The notes under the pieces: generated by a model
Seen by the model: only the letters and a program-made list of their open reading frames with translations
What the model was told of the DNA's origin: nothing
The model's database searches: none
Made by a program: the position numbers and the translations under genes
From: the human T2T-CHM13v2.0 reference genome, Homo sapiens
DNA: 64,000 nucleotides
Reading direction: 5' to 3' (one strand)
Assembly: GCF_009914755.1 (NCBI RefSeq)
Contig: NC_060928.1
Shown here: in pieces, positions 1 through 27,721 of the stretch
Layout: the number at the start of each line of letters is the position of its first letter
Numbering within the stretch: position 1 is the first letter of the stretch

Positions 1-2569
1 TCAAAATACACCAGGATTTTTTTTTTTAAAGAAAGACTGGAATTAATTTTCTTGGGAATTGTTATGATTTGTGATGGATGACCAGCCATTCTGATTCAGT
101 CCTTTACCCAGAGCTGGTTGATGATTACTAGCAGGGTCTGAAATCTGAGTGGACTATTCAAGCAACAGAAAGCTATACAAGTGCTTCCAAGTCACTATGT
201 GTGCTCAGTGCAGAGTTTCTGAAATAACCATCAAGGGCCTATTTTGCAACTGTACTCACCCTTGGAGTTTTCTAATGTGTTTGCCACTGTTGTTAATTCT
301 AAGGTTAGAAAGTATGCTCCCCCCAAGTTAATTGTCCAATTAGCTCTACAACTATGGCTTGTAAAACAAGCACTGTGAACATGAGATTTGATATGAAGGA
401 GACTGTGCCCAGTTTCCTTAAGTTTCTATTTAAAAAAAAAAAAAAAGGTACATAGTTTTGAATGATTTTATTGAATAAGCGGGAGTGGACAAATTGCCAA
501 CCTAATACACACTTAAAAATTCATTACTCTTTATCTACAACTTGGTCTCTCAACAAAGACACTGCATGAGAATAGAATAGATTCCAGTCTCCATTTCTCA
601 TCATTTACTGATCATCATTTACCACATGCTAAGCACTAGGAGATGGTGGGTGGGGGCTGGTATTGATGTTGTATTGATGTTGTCAGTACAAAGACACATA
701 CAACAGATCTCAGACCTCAAATTGCTTAAAGCCATTGGAATGTGGCTAGAACTGTGTAGTGCAATTACTGACAATAATCACACTAAACTTCCACAAAGAA
801 ACTTTCCTGTGAATTCTTCCCGAGTAGGTGGTCATAGTGGATTCCTATAGCATATATTTTCAGTGCCATTTCTTCTTGCCCAAACACAGAGCTGAGACCA
901 TGTAGTGGGGGACCCCTATATTTAATGAACTATTCCTAAACTTCCCCAATTTAAGTTCCTTGGTTTCCTAGATTTAATCCTGGGAAAAGAAATCTCCAGG
1001 TTTCTGGTCTCATTTGCTATGCATGCTATGCATTTTTGTCAACATAGCTGAGATACCCTGGGAGTGTTGTATATGAATAATAGGGAAAAACTACAGTCAT
1101 AAATTTACAATGATTTAAGAATTTCCTCCAGTGATCTTAAAAAGACAGGATTAACGCCAGATTTAGAAAACAGATGTCCTGGTATTTGATCCACCTGTGC
1201 TTGGGATATTGGCTCACACAGAAGTTTCAGAATTCTTTGACAATATACTTAACAGCCTAGCTATGGAGTCATACTACACTTTTACTAGCACCTACCTATT
1301 CTAAGTTATAGCATCTCTTCTTAGCCTTGTATGTCACTATCATCAAATAACATTTGTTGAAAAATCTGTGACATATCCTTAATTACTAACTTTAAGAAGC
1401 TAAATTTTTTTAAAAGGTGATATTTACATTTAGACACATACTCCAGATATTGTGTCAAGCCTTAACGAGAGTTCATAACTACCACAATGTATTTTTAGCC
1501 TGCCTAAATTAAGGGATAAAATAATCTACCAAGCTTTACATTACTTTGGGTCCTTTTTTTTCTTTCCTTTTTTCCCCTAAATTTTCACATCCTAACAAAT
1601 GATGTGACAATTAGGACTTTTGTTTTCCAATTTGCCAATAATCTTCTAGAAAGTCACCTCTAAAAGAGAGAGAAAGCCCTGTGCTTAGTTGAGAGGCCAG
1701 GTAATTGGGGGCGGGGATGCCCACTTGAATGTGGCAGCATCGCTGGCTACCAACAGGCTTCCCATTCCAAACGCATTACTCTTTGTGGAACTGCTTTGAA
1801 CACGGTACAGAGGGTACACATCAGTGATACACGCCTCCCTTGATGTTTCCATGGTCTGTTAGGAAAAGGAAGCATCAAACATAAAATTTATTTTCTGGAA
1901 ATTTAGATATAAGTAAAATTTTATAAGGAAATTGTTTCCTTCAATGTATTTGAGAATCCTATAAAGCTAAGCTTTGTAAAATGGAGAAAATGTAACATCT
2001 GTATATAAGGAGGTTAATATATTATTTTCAAGAAAAAGGAGGGTGATTTGGTCTCCCTAGACAATATTTCTCCCGCCTCACAGATGGTCAGCATGTGGTA
2101 CTCTCGCACTAAAGCCTTCTGGTGGTATCATAAGACATATAACTTTATACCAGCCCTTAAGGATGAAAGGTGCTAATGTAATTATTTTTATGTTAAACCA
2201 CAAACTGTTAGGATGCAAATAACTATAAGTAAAAAGTGAGAACTAAACACGCACTCATCTGGGAAAGAACAGCAGCCCTCCAAAGACATGCCTAATTTTA
2301 GAAAAGCTATTTTCTATTTTGCTTTTATAAGTTAGTTGAAAAAGGAAGCTTTATTATGTTTCTAAAATTGTCTATACTGATAACATCTGGAGATTAGGAA
2401 TTTTAATGAGACTCAAAACTGGTGGCTATTTTTATGATTGCTCTAGATGAACCCCAAGGTAAATGAGAATTTGGGGATAAAAAATGCAGAAATTCTGAAA
2501 TATGTATTTTGGTGGTCTACAGACTTATCAACTCCATGCTGGCAATACATTTTTCCCAGATGAATCTGA

Positions 2570-3090
<521 letters not shown>

Positions 3091-3361
3091 TCTACTATTT
3101 ATTTTGATATTATAAATGAATTATATTGTGTGCAAATGATGCAAAGTGGGATGCTAGGAGACAATTGATGGAACCATGAAGAAAGGGATGCATACCTTGT
3201 AAGATAAAGCAAGTAGGTTTGACCCCAGCCTGACCCTGCCTTAGAGAAAAATGATAACGCAACTGTGTACATTATAAAGTGGCTCCAATCTAATGTTCTG
3301 ATCTCATTGTCTATCATTGCATTTCATACATCCTGTATTCCTCCGAGTCCTTGATTTCACA

Positions 3362-3465
3362 CAGCCTGGGATGAAATCTTGGCTCTACTATTTACTAGCT
3401 GTGTGGCCTCAGGCAAGGAACCTCACCTGTTGATACCTCAGTTTCCTCAGCTGTAAAATCATCAC
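3362..3465 (+). mobile_element. MIR fragment
   Basis: Core motif ACTAGCTGTGTGGCCTCAGGCAAG...CCTCAGTTTCCTCAGCTGTAAAAT. Confidence 0.8.
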
Positions 3466-5020
3466 AGTACCATTCTTATTAATAACAATCAATTGTAGCT
3501 CTTTTTGTGTTTACCTTCTCTAAATAAATTCATAGTGAGCAAAATGTCTAATAAGCCAGTCTTATATCAGTTTATTCCATAGCCATCAAGAAATTCAACA
3601 TTTCATCAGAAGGCTGTTCAAATGTCCATAAAACCGTCACAAAGAAGCTCTATTTCATGACAGCGGAACTTGTGACAGTTAAAAACGAGGCAGAGATTTC
3701 AAAGCCTCAAAATTTTGGTTTTTATTACCTCATATTACATATAAATATGTTGATGAGTTCCCACGATTCTCCTTATTACCTCATATAGTTTTTAAAATAT
3801 ATAATATATTGGTTATAATATGATTAATTGATTTAATATTTTCTTTGGGGTCACACCCATGAAAAGTGAGTCATCATGTCCAGTGTAACATTGTTTCTGT
3901 GAGAAAACCAAATGACTTAAATCATTTTGTCACGAGGTCAGAGCACAGGTGCAGCAAATGGACATTAGGAAGCCAGGAGTCCCCGTTGAGGTTGGGGTTA
4001 AAGAAAGGCCAGTGGAGAGGAGATACGACCAGCTAAGCAGCAGTTAGAAAAGTTCCTTAGTTTAGCACGGGATTGAAACTAAAGAAACTGTTTCAATTGT
4101 CTCCATATATTCTTGCAGAAACAACATATATAGTTTGATAAAGACCAAATCCATTTTTTTTTAAAGAATGTGCTGCTCTTAAATCCGAGATGATGAAAGT
4201 AATGGTCTGTCCTTGTTTATACATACATTTATTATTATTGCATTGTAACCCATGTAAGAGTCAGTAGGAAATAGCTAAACATTAAAAAATCTGGAAGAGG
4301 AACTCGATCTTGTGATTTTTACTGACCTCCGCAACGTGGGGGAAGATTTTCAGGTGTCACTCAGCATAGAAGTTATTATCTTCCTGCAAAAAGCCAGATG
4401 ATCTGCAGAACCCCTCCTAGTGCCCCAAATAGGAGAAACCATTCCCAGGTAGGAGGCAGCTGCTCCAGGCATTTTACCAAGACTCTATTGGAGGTGCCTG
4501 AGCATCCTTAACCGCCAGTCTTATATAAACCTGGAGCAGTAAATTAGGCAGAACAGCTGTTAGAGCTATAAAAATCCAGGAGATGAAAGTTTTGCTTAAA
4601 ATCCAAGCTCTGAGCAATTGCCATGTGAGACACTGAGGAGTCTCTGCAGTTAGACTAAAACAAGAAGTGACCATTTTGATTTGGATTATTATGGGACAAG
4701 GAAGAGCAAGGGATATGGAAAGGGTCTATAGACAGATAAGAAACTGGAGAACGAACAGGAAGTGGATTGAGACATTTCTCAAAGTGACACCACACTGAGA
4801 AGTTTACCAGTTCCCTTGTGAGGGCGGCCCTGGGTTAATGCCACCACTCTTGTATAGTCTTTGTAATTAGGAGCATGTTTGAATGCATGGAGTGTATGTG
4901 TATGTATCGGCTCAAGTGTCAATTCACGCACCAAGTCTGATTTTTTAGAAGTAGCTGCCTGAAGCACAGGGTTGATAAGGAATCAAAAGTCTGAGTCTAC
5001 ACTCCAAAAATGACACTGTG

Positions 5021-5322
5021 AGCTGGGCACGGTGGCTCACACCTGTAATCCCAGCACATTGGGAGGCCGAGGTGGGAGGATCACTTGAGCTCAGGAGTTT
5101 GAGACCAGCCTGGGCAACATAGACCTTGTCTCTACTAAAAAATTTTTTTAAATTATCTAGGTGTGGTGGCATGTGCCTGTAGTCTCAGCTACTCAGAAGG
5201 CCGAGGTAGGAGGATTGCTTGAGCCCAGGAGATGGAGGCTGCAGTGAGCTATGAGCATGCCACTGTACTCCAGCCTGGGGGACACAGTGAGACCTTGTCT
5301 CAAAAAAGAAAAAAAAAAAAAA
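5021..5322 (+). mobile_element. AluJ
   Basis: Dimer with GGGAGGATCACTTGAGC and GCAGTGAGCTATGA AluJ-type positions, A tail. Confidence 0.93.
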
Positions 5323-6324
5323 GATTTTGATCTGCCTTAGATGGAAAGAGAGAGCAGTATGCCTTAGATGTAGAGGGGGAGATGAGTAGACCCAGTGACA
5401 AAACCTAGATCTTAACTGTTAAGGAAATTATAGATGCTTCAGTGCTGGTATGTGTGGTCATTCTCAGTGAATCTTTTTTTTTTCCTATTCTAAAGCTCTA
5501 AGTCCAAGGAGCTTTAAGGTATTGTTCAAGATTGTTATCTGAGACAGCTAGACCCTTGAAAACAATTACTGTTAAAATACTGGGGCCAAGAAAGTGCACA
5601 GATGAGAAGCAACATTTCTTATAGTATATTCCAAGCAGTTTCTGAGCGTGCCACAGCTGGGGAAGAAAATCACTGTGTGATTGGTTCACTGTGAGATTGG
5701 TTCACAATCTCAGAGACAAAGAGGACCCCATTACTCAGCAGTGCAGTGATTAAAAGCAATCCATGAAATACTAACTAGAGATACAGAATAAATACATTCC
5801 TGGAAGGCTAACTCACAGCTATCATCTCTTTTGGATTCCCAGCTTGCTTTGAAGACCAAGGAATGCTTGATTGCACTTCATTTGAGCAGAAAAATAGGTT
5901 AAGTTAAAGATAAAGAGGGAGAGAGGCTATACACACTCAAGATGGTCTGACAGATTGAGGGCTGTGTCCGAGAGCAGGACATCATCACCCAAGGAGAAAC
6001 ACCAAGACAACAAAAGTTCTGGACTTTATTCAACCCAGCCGCCTTGCTTTGGGGCTGGACTTTTCTTGCTGGTGGTTAGTTTGATATTTGATCAAATCTT
6101 GGATTTTCATTTTTATTGCCTAAGTGGAATAGGACACAGTTTAAGAACCTAAGCATTCATTATACTCAGCTTGTCACTCAGAAACTGGTCTTCTTTGGAA
6201 TATGCTGTAAGAGACGTTGCTTATCATCAGTGCCTTTTCTTGGCCCTGGCATTTAAACATATTACAATACATTAAATATAATATCATATTAAATTTAATG
6301 AGTTACATGAAATACAACCACAAC

Positions 6325-7136
<812 letters not shown>

Positions 7137-7838
7137 TGGTTTTTCCTTTTGTTAACCTTTACCAGATGAAACTTAAGAATTTGAGGAAATTCAGTTATTG
7201 CATGATTGATACATTCAATTTTCAGACAATGCACAGGCCTGTCTGGAAAAAAATATCCAAATTCTCAGATTTTACTTCTAAAATCCCTTGTGCACTCTTC
7301 TGTTTCAGGGGAGACACCAGGATCTCATGCCTATGTCTACATCACCAAAAGGAAATAAGACAAGGTTTCTAAAACCCTCTGACAACATACCCTGAATTAT
7401 TAATACTTGATACGAAGGCATTATCAGTACAGTGAATCTTAAAGATCTGAGATGCACGTGTTAGGTTTGTGGATTATGGGATGCCCAGCACAGGCTTCTT
7501 TCTTTCCATCGTCCACGCATGAAGCAGTGCTAGGATGGGGGAAGAGTGTGTGCAAGTGCCTCAGCCTGAATGTGAATCAGAATACATTCCAAAGACAAAC
7601 ACAAACGCTTTTGGATTATCCATGGCTTTGTTTTCCTCATACCCTTCCCTTGGTGTATTAAAGGGCTCCAGGAGTGGAGCACATGCATTTATTCACACAT
7701 GTGTCTTTCTGCAAAACTCAAACCTCATTATGTCTCAATGAGAAATCAAGCACCCGACATTTCCTTTGGAAGCAAATTCATAAAGAATTCAAGTTAGAAA
7801 ACAGTAAACTATGAAAAGCATAAATTTAAGAGCAATAC

Positions 7839-8071
7839 CTTGATATGAAAGCCACTCTCCAGTCTTGATTTGTTGATAAAATTATACTGTGGTATTCTCC
7901 AACCAATTTCACCGACGTACTCATGTTTATATTTTGCTGGCAAGCTTCTATTTGAGGCAGGCCTCCATAAATATCTGAGATCTCCAGTTTTTTCTAACAC
8001 CAGATGCTGTTCTCCTACATAGGAGGTGTGCTGATGAATTTTGGGTAAATAATCCTTTATGTAGTCTGGAC
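7839..8071 (-). CDS. SPMIP2: Internal coding exon of C4orf45/SPMIP2 (sperm microtubule inner protein 2-like); other exons not seen in window
   Basis: Minus strand: acceptor TTTTGTCTTTTAAAG|GTCCAGAC at 8071 and donor CATATCAAG|GTATTG at 7839. 233 bp = 2 nt + 77 codons, open frame (G)PDYIKDYLPKIHQHTSYVGEQHL...SGFHIK. Non-repeat peptide recognised from memory as C4orf45. Confidence 0.88.
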
Positions 8072-8450
8072 CTTTAAAAGACAAAATGTACTTAAAACTT
8101 CTCCACACTTTATTCTAAGATACTTTTGTTATTTTAACCGTTGAAATACTAATAGCCAATAATTATATGGTACTTACTACGTTCTAGGTTCTATTATAAG
8201 CCTTTTAGACATGTTAATTCTTATTAATACTTATTTATAATTAATAATTCTTATTAATGCTTATCTGTTAATTAATGCTTATTAATAACCAAATGAGACG
8301 GGTAGAATTTTTTTCCCCAGTTTATGTATGGGGAAAATGAAAGATTGGTTACTTGTCCAGAATTATAGCTAACAAGCTCTTTGTACCCAGACAGGCTGAT
8401 GCGAAGGTTGGGCTCTTAATTGACCCATTAAACTGCTTTGTATATAATCA

Positions 8451-8796
<346 letters not shown>

Positions 8797-10866
8797 CTAC
8801 ATTTGCAGGATGTAGGCCTTCAGATATTGAGGTGTTTTATCTAGGTAGATAAAAATCTGAAATGTGTATTAGAATACTCTGAAAATGTATTAGCAAAAAT
8901 TGAAAAATGGAGAAAATTGTTAGATGAGGGTAGCTTATAACAGATTACCAAAGGCAGAAGTATTTGTATTTTAAAAGTAAAACAATGAACAAAAAAAAAA
9001 TCAATGAATTATAGAAATAGGTGAAAAAAGCAGAAACAAGAGAAGGTCTGGGTAAAGATCACTTAAATGAATTTTTTATTATGATACTTTAAGTTCTGGG
9101 ATACATGTGCAGAACATGCAGATTTGTTACATAGGTATACATGTGCCATGGTGGTTTGCTGCACCCATCAACCCGTCATCTACATTAGGTATTTCTCCCA
9201 ATGCTATCCATCCCCTTGACCCCCACCCGCAACAGGCCCCCTTGTGTAATATTCCCCTCCCTGTGCCCATATGTTCTCATTGTTTAACTCCCACTTATGA
9301 GGGAGGACATGCAGTGTTTGGCTTTCTGTTCCTGAGTTACTTTGCTGAGAATGACTGTTTCCAGCTTCATTCATGTCCCTCCAAAGGATATGAACTCATT
9401 CTTTTTTATGGCTGCATAGTTATTGCATGGTATATATGTGCCACAATTTGTTTATTCAGTAAAACATTGATGGGCATTTGGGTTGGTTCCAAGTCTTTGC
9501 TACTGTGAATAGTGCTGCAAAAAACATACGTGTGCATGTGTCTTTATAGTAGAATGATTTATAATTCTTTGGGTATATACCCAGTAATGGAATTGCTGGG
9601 TCAAATGGTATTTCCAGTTCTAGATCCTTGAGGAATCGCCACACTGTCTTCCACAATACTTGAGCTAATTTACACTCCCATCAACAGTATAAAAGCATTC
9701 CTATTTCTCAACATCCTCTCCAGCATGTTGTTTACTGACTTTTTAATAATCGCCATTCTAACTGGTGTGATATGGTATCTTACTGTGGTTTTGATTTGCA
9801 TTTCTCTAATGACCAGTGATGATGAGCTTTTATTCATATGTTTGTTGGTCACATATATGTCTTCTTTTGAAAAGTATCTGTTCATATCCTTCGCCCACTT
9901 TTTGATGGGGTTGTTTTTTTCTTGTGACTTTGTTTAAGTTCCTTGCAGCATCTTGATATTAGCGCTTTCAGATGGATAGATTGCAAAAATTTTCTCCCGT
10001 TCTGTAGGTTGCCTGTTCACTCTGATGATAGTTTTTTTTGCTGTATAGAAACTGTTTAGTTTAATTAGATCCCATTTGTGAATTGTGGCTTTTGTTACCA
10101 TTGCTTTTGGTGTTTTAGTCATGAAATATTTGCCCATGCCTATGTCCTGAATGGTATTGCCTAGGTTTTCTTCTAGGGTTTTTATGGTTTTAGGTCTTAC
10201 ATTTAAGTCTTTAATCCATCTTGAGTTAATTTTTGTAAAAGGTGTAAGGAAGGGGTCCAGTTTCAGTTTTCTGCATATGGCTAGCCAGTTTTCCTAACAC
10301 CATTTATTAAATAGGGAATCCTTTCCCCATTGCTTGTTTTTGTCAGGTCTGTCAAAGATCAGATGGTTGTAGATGTGTGGTGTTATTTCTGAGGCCTCTG
10401 TTCTGTACCATTGGTCTACATATCTATTTTGATACCAGTACCATACTATTTTGGTTATGTAGCCTTGTACTATAGTTTGAAGTCAGGTAGTGTAATGTCT
10501 CCAGCTTTGTTCTTTTTGCTTAGGATGGTCTTGGCTATGTGGGCTCTGTTTTGGTTCCAAATGAAATTTAAAGTAGTTTTTTTCTAGTTCTGTTAAGAAA
10601 GTCAATGGTAGCTTGATGGGGATAGTATTGAATGTATAAATTACTTTGGGCAGTACGGCCATTTTCATGATATTGATTCTTGTTATCCATGAGCACGGAA
10701 TGTTTTTCCATTTGCTTGTGTCCTCTCTTATTTCCTCGAACAGTGGTTTGTAGTTCTCCTTGAGGAGGTCCTTCACAGCTCTTGTAAGCTGTATTCCTAT
10801 GTATTTTATTCTCTTTGTAGCAATTGTGACTGGGAGTTCACTCATGATTTGGCTATTATTGGTTTA

Positions 10867-10971
<105 letters not shown>

Positions 10972-11024
10972 TTATATAATCATGTCATCTGCAAAGAGAG
11001 ATAATTTGACTTCCTCTCTTCCTA

Positions 11025-11141
<117 letters not shown>

Positions 11142-11418
11142 TCATTCCAGCATTTGGCCATTCATTATGATATTGGCTGTGGGTTTTTCATAAATAGCTC
11201 TTATTATTTTGAATACGTTTCATCAATACCTAGTCTACTGAGTGGTTTTAGCATGAAGGGGGGTTGAATTTTATGGAAGGCCTTTTCTGCATCTATTGAG
11301 ATAATCATGTTGTTTTTGTCATTGGTTCTGTTTATGTGATGGATTACGTTTATTGATTTGCATATGTTGAATCACCCTTGCATTCCAGGGATGAAGCCAA
11401 CTGGATCAGGATGGATAA

Positions 11419-11715
<297 letters not shown>

Positions 11716-12316
11716 AGATAAGCTTTTTAATGTGCTGCTGGATTCAGTTTGCCAGTATTTTATTGAAGATTTTTGCACTGATGTTCATCAGGCATATTGG
11801 CCTGAAATTTTCTTTTTTTGTTGTGTCTCTGCCAGGTTTTGGTATCAGAATGATGCTGGCCTCATAAAATGAGTTAAGGAGGAGTCCCTCTTTTTCTATT
11901 GTTTGGAATAGTTTCAGAAGGAATGGTACCAGCTCCACTTTGCACCCCCCTGGTAGAATTCGGCTGTGAATCTGTCTGGTCCTGGACTTTTGGTTGGTAG
12001 GCTATTAATTACTACCTCAATTTCAGAACTTGTTATTGGTTGGTTCAGGGATTCAACTTCTTCCTGGTTTAGTTTGGGAGGGGGTATGTGTCCAGGAATT
12101 TATGCATTTCTTCTGGATTTTCTACTTTATTTGCATAGAGGTGTTTACAGTATTCTCTGATAGTAGTTTGTATTTCTGTGGGATCAGTGGTGATCTCCCC
12201 TTTATCATTTTCTGTTGCATCTATTTGAATATTCTCTCCTTTCTTCTTTATTAGTCTGGCTAGAGGTCTATCTACTGTGTTGATATTTTCAAAAAACCAG
12301 CTCCTGGATTCATTGA

Positions 12317-12783
<467 letters not shown>

Positions 12784-14181
12784 TTAGAATTTTCTCACTT
12801 TCTCCTGTGGGCATTTACTGCTATAAGTTTCCCTCTAAACACTGCTTTACCTGTGTCCCAGAGATTCTGGGAAGTTGTGTCTTTGTTTTCATTGGTTTCA
12901 AAGAACTTATTTATTTCTGCCTTCATTTCGTTATTTACCCAGTAGTCATTCAGGAGCAGGTTGTTCAGTTTCCAGGTAGTTGTGCGGTTTTGAGTGAGTT
13001 TCTTAATCCTGAGTTCTAAGTTGATTGCACTGTGGTCTGAGAGACTGTTATGATTTCTGATCTTTTGCATTTGCTGAGGAGTGTTTTACTTCCAATTATG
13101 TGATCAATTTTAGAAATAGTGCTATGTGGTGCTGAGAAGAATGTACATTCTATTAATTTGGGGTGGAGAGTTCTGTAGATGTCTATTAGGTCTGCTTCAT
13201 CCAGAGCTGAATTCAAGTCCTGCATATCCTTGTTAATTTTCTGTCTTGTTGATTTGTCTAATATTAACGGTGGGGTGTTAGACTCTAACACAATAATAGT
13301 GGAAGACTTTACATCTCTTTGTAAGGTGTCTAAGAACTTGCTTTATGAATCTGGGTGCTCCTGTACTGAGTGCATATATATTTAAGATATTTAGCTCTTT
13401 TTATTGCATTGATCCCTTTACCACTTTGTAATGCCCTTCTTTGTCTTTTTTGATCTTTGTTGGTTTAAAGTCTGTTTTATCAGAGAGTAGGATTGCAAAC
13501 CCTGCTTTTTTTTTGCTTTCCACTTACTTTGTAAATATTCCTCCATCCCTTTATTTTGAGCCTATGTGTGTCTTTGCACATGAGATGGGCCTCTTGAATA
13601 CAGCACACCGATGAGTCTTGACTCTTCATCCAATTTTGCCACTCTGTACTGAGTGCTGTGCTGGGAGATCCATTGCTCTCTTCAGAGCCAACAGGCAGGA
13701 ATGTTTAAGTCTGCTGAAGCTGTGCCCACAGCCGCCCCTTCCCCCAGGTGCTCTGTCCCAGGGAGATAGGAGTTTTATCTATAAGCCCCTGACTGGGGGT
13801 GCTGCCTTTCTTTTAGAGGCACCCTGCCCAGAGAAGAGGAATCTAGAGAGGCAGTCTGGCTAAAGTGGCTTTGCCGAGCTGAGGTGGGCTCCGGAGACTT
13901 TGTTCACACTGTGAGGGGAAAACCACCTACTCACGCCTCAGTAATGGCAGACACCCCTACCCCGCCACCAAGCTTGAGCCTCCCAGGTCGGTTTCAGACT
14001 GCAGTGCTGGCAGCGAGAATTTCAAGCCAGTGGATCTTAGCTTGCTGGGCTCCATGGGGGTGGGATCCGATGAGCCAGACCACTTGGCTCCCTGGCTTCA
14101 GCCTCCTCTCCAGGGGAGTGAATGGTTCTCTCATGGGCATTCCAGGCACCACTGGGGTACGAAAAACAAAAAGAAACTCCT

Positions 14182-25652
<11,471 letters not shown>

Positions 25653-25679
25653 CGTGTGCAGATAGCTCAAATAAATTCA

Positions 25680-25847
25680 TTTTTTAAAAAGAGATAGGGT
25701 CTTGCTATGTTGCCCAGGCTGAAGTGCAGTTGCTATTCACAGGTACAATAATAGTGCTCTAAAGACTTGGACTTCTGGGTTCAAATGATTCTCCTGTCTC
25801 AACCTCCCAAGTAGCTGGGACTACAGGCACATGCCACCAAGCTCTGC
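25680..25847 (-). mobile_element. FAM (fossil Alu monomer)
   Basis: Monomer retaining the 7SL-derived segment (plus strand AGTGCAGTTGCTATTCACAGG = CCTGTGAATAGC..CTGCACT) that is absent from dimeric Alus. Confidence 0.8.
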
Positions 25848-26681
25848 TAAAATTGGTAAAGTTGATGATGTGAATGTGAAAGATCTAAGACTTTCTGTAA
25901 GAAATGGTACTTACTGATGAAAAACAGACAATGGAGCTACTGGCCCAGGAAGAAGTTCAAAGCCCCAGAACCAAAATGAGTGTAGACGTGTATGGGCAGA
26001 CTGGGGACAGAAAGAAGGAATTTCATTTCTTTTCCAAAAGTTAACCAAAGACCTTGGAGACAGAATCTGTGTTGTGGTGACAACATTGCCTCAGTCCTTT
26101 CTGGCTCCTGTGGCTCCCTTCATCTTGTTCTTAAATCAGGGAGCTCAGTATTTGCAAAAAGTGCAAGGCGGGCAAGGGCTTTGATCCACTGCCCCTGACA
26201 TGTGGACCAGGTACTCTTGATAGGATGGTCAACGTGTAACAAGACTGTGCTCAGAAAACGAATCTCAGCTTTCCAAGGAAGCTGAAAATGTGAGGGTTTT
26301 TCAGAAACAATTTTAGCAGGTGTTTTCACAGCTTCCTAATCACCATCACTCCCCGTGAAAATTGAGTATTCACTGAGTGGCTAATTTCCCCTGATGAAAA
26401 CATCGTGGCTTCAATTTTATTTGCTTCAGGTTTTCACTTAGAACTACTTTGATAAAGCATAGAATTGTCAGAGCATGAAAACCTGTTTTCTCTTTCCATA
26501 TGACAGGTGTTGAGGTCTCATTTACAAAACTCTCTCATAAGGAACTTTTTGCAATCTCTTCTAAACAGTGAAATATGGAAGAACTGTATTAGTCTTTTTG
26601 GAATTGCAGTGTATGTTTAAGCCAGTTTTTTTTAATTTTATTTTACTCTGAGGTGTACCCTTCAGAAAATACTTTTTTTCC

Positions 26682-26957
26682 TTTTTAGAAACAGGACCTT
26701 GCTTCACCCAGGCTGAAGTGAAGCAATCCTAGCTCACTGCAGCCTTGACCACCTGGGCTCCAGGGATCCTCCTGACTCAGCCTCTCGAGTAGCTAGGATT
26801 ACAGGTGCAGGCCATCACATTTGGCTAATTATTATTATTATTTGTAGACATGGAGTCTTATTGCCCAGGCTGGTCTCAAACTCCTGGCCTCAAGTGAACC
26901 TCCTGCCTCGGCCTTCCGAAGTGCTGAGATTACAGACATGGGCCACTGTGTCCAGAC
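26682..26957 (-). mobile_element. AluJ
   Basis: Diverged reverse dimer. Confidence 0.9.
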
Positions 26958-27328
26958 TCAGACCAGTGTTTTCCCAAATACTTCATCAAATGCTGCTCGT
27001 ATGAGTGCACCATGAAGGTGGTGGTGTGTGCGGGAGGGATCTCTGTAGTCAAATGCATTTGGGAACACTGCTGGCTACATTTGCCTTGCAGATATTCACA
27101 GCATATGAAAGTATATTAAGAGTTCTGATAAGACTTATGGTAAATAAACTATTTACAATTACATAGCTCAGTGTTCCTCAAAATGATTTAAACATAGATG
27201 GTTTTTCCCTACTGGGTCACTTATATGCATCCTACTGTAAATGTGAGAGTAGATATTTATCTGTCATTAGTTCCTAAGTTGTTCTGTGGACTGCAGTAAG
27301 CTTTTGAAAAAAGCCATTACTTGCCAGC

Positions 27329-27721
27329 TGTCTTGGTTTGTGCTGCTATAACAAAATACCCGAGACTAAGTAACTTGTAAAGAACAGAAATTTGTTTTCA
27401 TACAGTTATGAAGGCTGGGAGTCCAAGATCAAGGTGCTGGCAGGTTGTGTGATGAAGGCCGCTCTCTGCTTCTAAGATGGTGCCTCGTTGCTGCATCTTC
27501 TGGAGGGGAGGAACACCAGGTCCCAACAGGGCAGCAGGTGGAAGGACAAGCAAGCTGGAGGTGCTGTGAAGCCTTCTTTATAAAGGCTTTAATCTCATTC
27601 ATGAGGGAGGAGCCCTCATGGCCTAATCATCTCTTAAAGGCCCCGCCTCTTACTCCTAGCACATTGGCCGTTAAATTTCAACACCTGAATTTGGGGAGGT
27701 GGGCACACTTAAACCATAGCA
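27329..27721. mobile_element. MaLR solo LTR (MST/MLT1A-like)
   Basis: TG...CA ends, TGCTGCTATAACAAAATACC, GGCTGGGAGTCCAAGATCAAGGTG, AAACCATAGCA; 5-bp flanks CCAGC/CAAGC. Confidence 0.88.

Noticed and set aside
1700-1750. GC box GGGGCGGGG as a promoter
   Set aside because: A single motif in CpG-poor DNA; insufficient support.
5676-5710. Doubled ATTGG (CCAAT box) as a promoter
   Set aside because: A small local duplication (GATTGGTTCAC twice) with no CpG island or other promoter evidence.
7809-8108. 99-aa single-exon gene
   Set aside because: The ORF overruns clear splice sites; only 7839-8071 is exon.
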